NCBI GenBank assembly: GCA_011109175.1
Contig: RDEW01000025.1
Span: 217,990 to 281,989, forward strand
Source of the DNA: Dicyema japonicum
Taxonomy: Eukaryota > Animalia > Dicyemida
Direction of reading: 5' to 3'
Length of the DNA: 64,000 nucleotides
In this document: positions 63,161 through 64,000 of the stretch, one piece after another
Layout: the number at the start of each line of letters is the position of its first letter
How positions within the stretch are numbered: position 1 is the stretch's first letter
Translations under genes and position numbers: made by a program
Notes under the pieces: model-generated
Told to the model about the DNA's origin: nothing
Seen by the model: the letters and a program-made list of their open reading frames with translations, nothing else
Database searches by the model: none

Positions 63161-64000
63161 ATTTACCACATGCAATTCAAAAAAAAGTAGATTAACAATT
63201 CAAAAAATCAATAACAAATTATAAAATTATTCGTAAGCGAATAAAAATAAAATATTTAATTTTTAACTAAAAAAATTATCATATATTGATTTTGTTGCAG
63301 GAAAGTGGCGGTCATATATTAGACAAGAACCAAAATTTTTATTATTTTATTTATTTATTTATTTTTATTTTTATTAATTTATTTACACCGGTTCCTACTA
63401 ATGAAAGGATACCTGTCGATAAAAATTTAACTACAATGACAGACGTACCCAGAGATGCAATAGGTTGATCACGTGCTGTAAAAACACAGAAGGCTGACCT
63501 GGACAGAGAAAAGTTGATGGTCATCAATGTCTATCAATCCATGATCGTTTACTTTATATTTTCACGGTGTAACGATTTCCTTAGGTTTGCAGTGGTAAAA
63601 ACTCATTCACTAATGTAATCAAATCTAGGAACAATTAGAAAAAAAGTAATAAAGAAATCCATTCCTTGACTTCCAGAGACGAAGTATCTCTGTCAAGTGC
63701 AGAAGCAGTCTTGTTTCCACAGACGAAGTATCCAGGTCGATGGCAGAACCTGTACCTTTTCTTCTACTCCGTCACAGACTTGAGAATCTTCGAAGGGATA
63801 CTCTTCTGATCTTGTAACCTCGATACATGAAGGGGAATTTCCTGTTCACGTAACATGACTGATGGATGATCAGATGCAGGGTCAGATATAACAAAGGATT
63901 TAGTAAAAGAATCACTTTATTTTCGGACTTAAATAGAAACAGAAATTTCAAAGACTTTCTTGACATATTGAGACATTCAAGGTGGATAAACTAGGAACAA

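Noticed and set aside
1-64000. CRISPR arrays, operons or prokaryotic defence systems
   Set aside because: No regularly spaced repeat-spacer units; spliceosomal introns, a histone and eukaryotic TEs show the DNA is eukaryotic
1-64000. Microsporidian host genome
   Set aside because: Intron-rich PDXK and SLC5A7 with an animal-like exon structure argue against it, despite the microsporidian-like retroelement

Overview
AT-rich eukaryotic (animal-type) genomic DNA from a draft assembly: single-N junctions and one 116-N gap at 50258-50373. Most of the window is decayed transposable elements: many CRE-like RLE non-LTR relics, RTE-like 3' fragments, R4/Dong-like elements (one with a 971-codon unbroken RT-RLE ORF at 9371-12286), Jockey/I-like and Ty3/gypsy relics, a Ginger-like integrase and Buster-type hAT relics. 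Host genes recognised by manual translation: a CenH3/CENP-A-like histone with a very short tail and an in-frame 150-bp duplication; pyridoxal kinase with eight 23-26 nt introns; an SLC5A7-like choline transporter with tiny introns and three apparent frameshifts; and decayed copies of PNPase (PNPT1) and a DDX28-like DEAD-box helicase. There is also an orphan, partly deleted 28S rRNA fragment. Introns of 21-27 nt point to a reduced parasitic metazoan such as a dicyemid mesozoan, or possibly a myxozoan or orthonectid; this is inference. All family assignments come from motif recognition without database searches, and relic boundaries are approximate.
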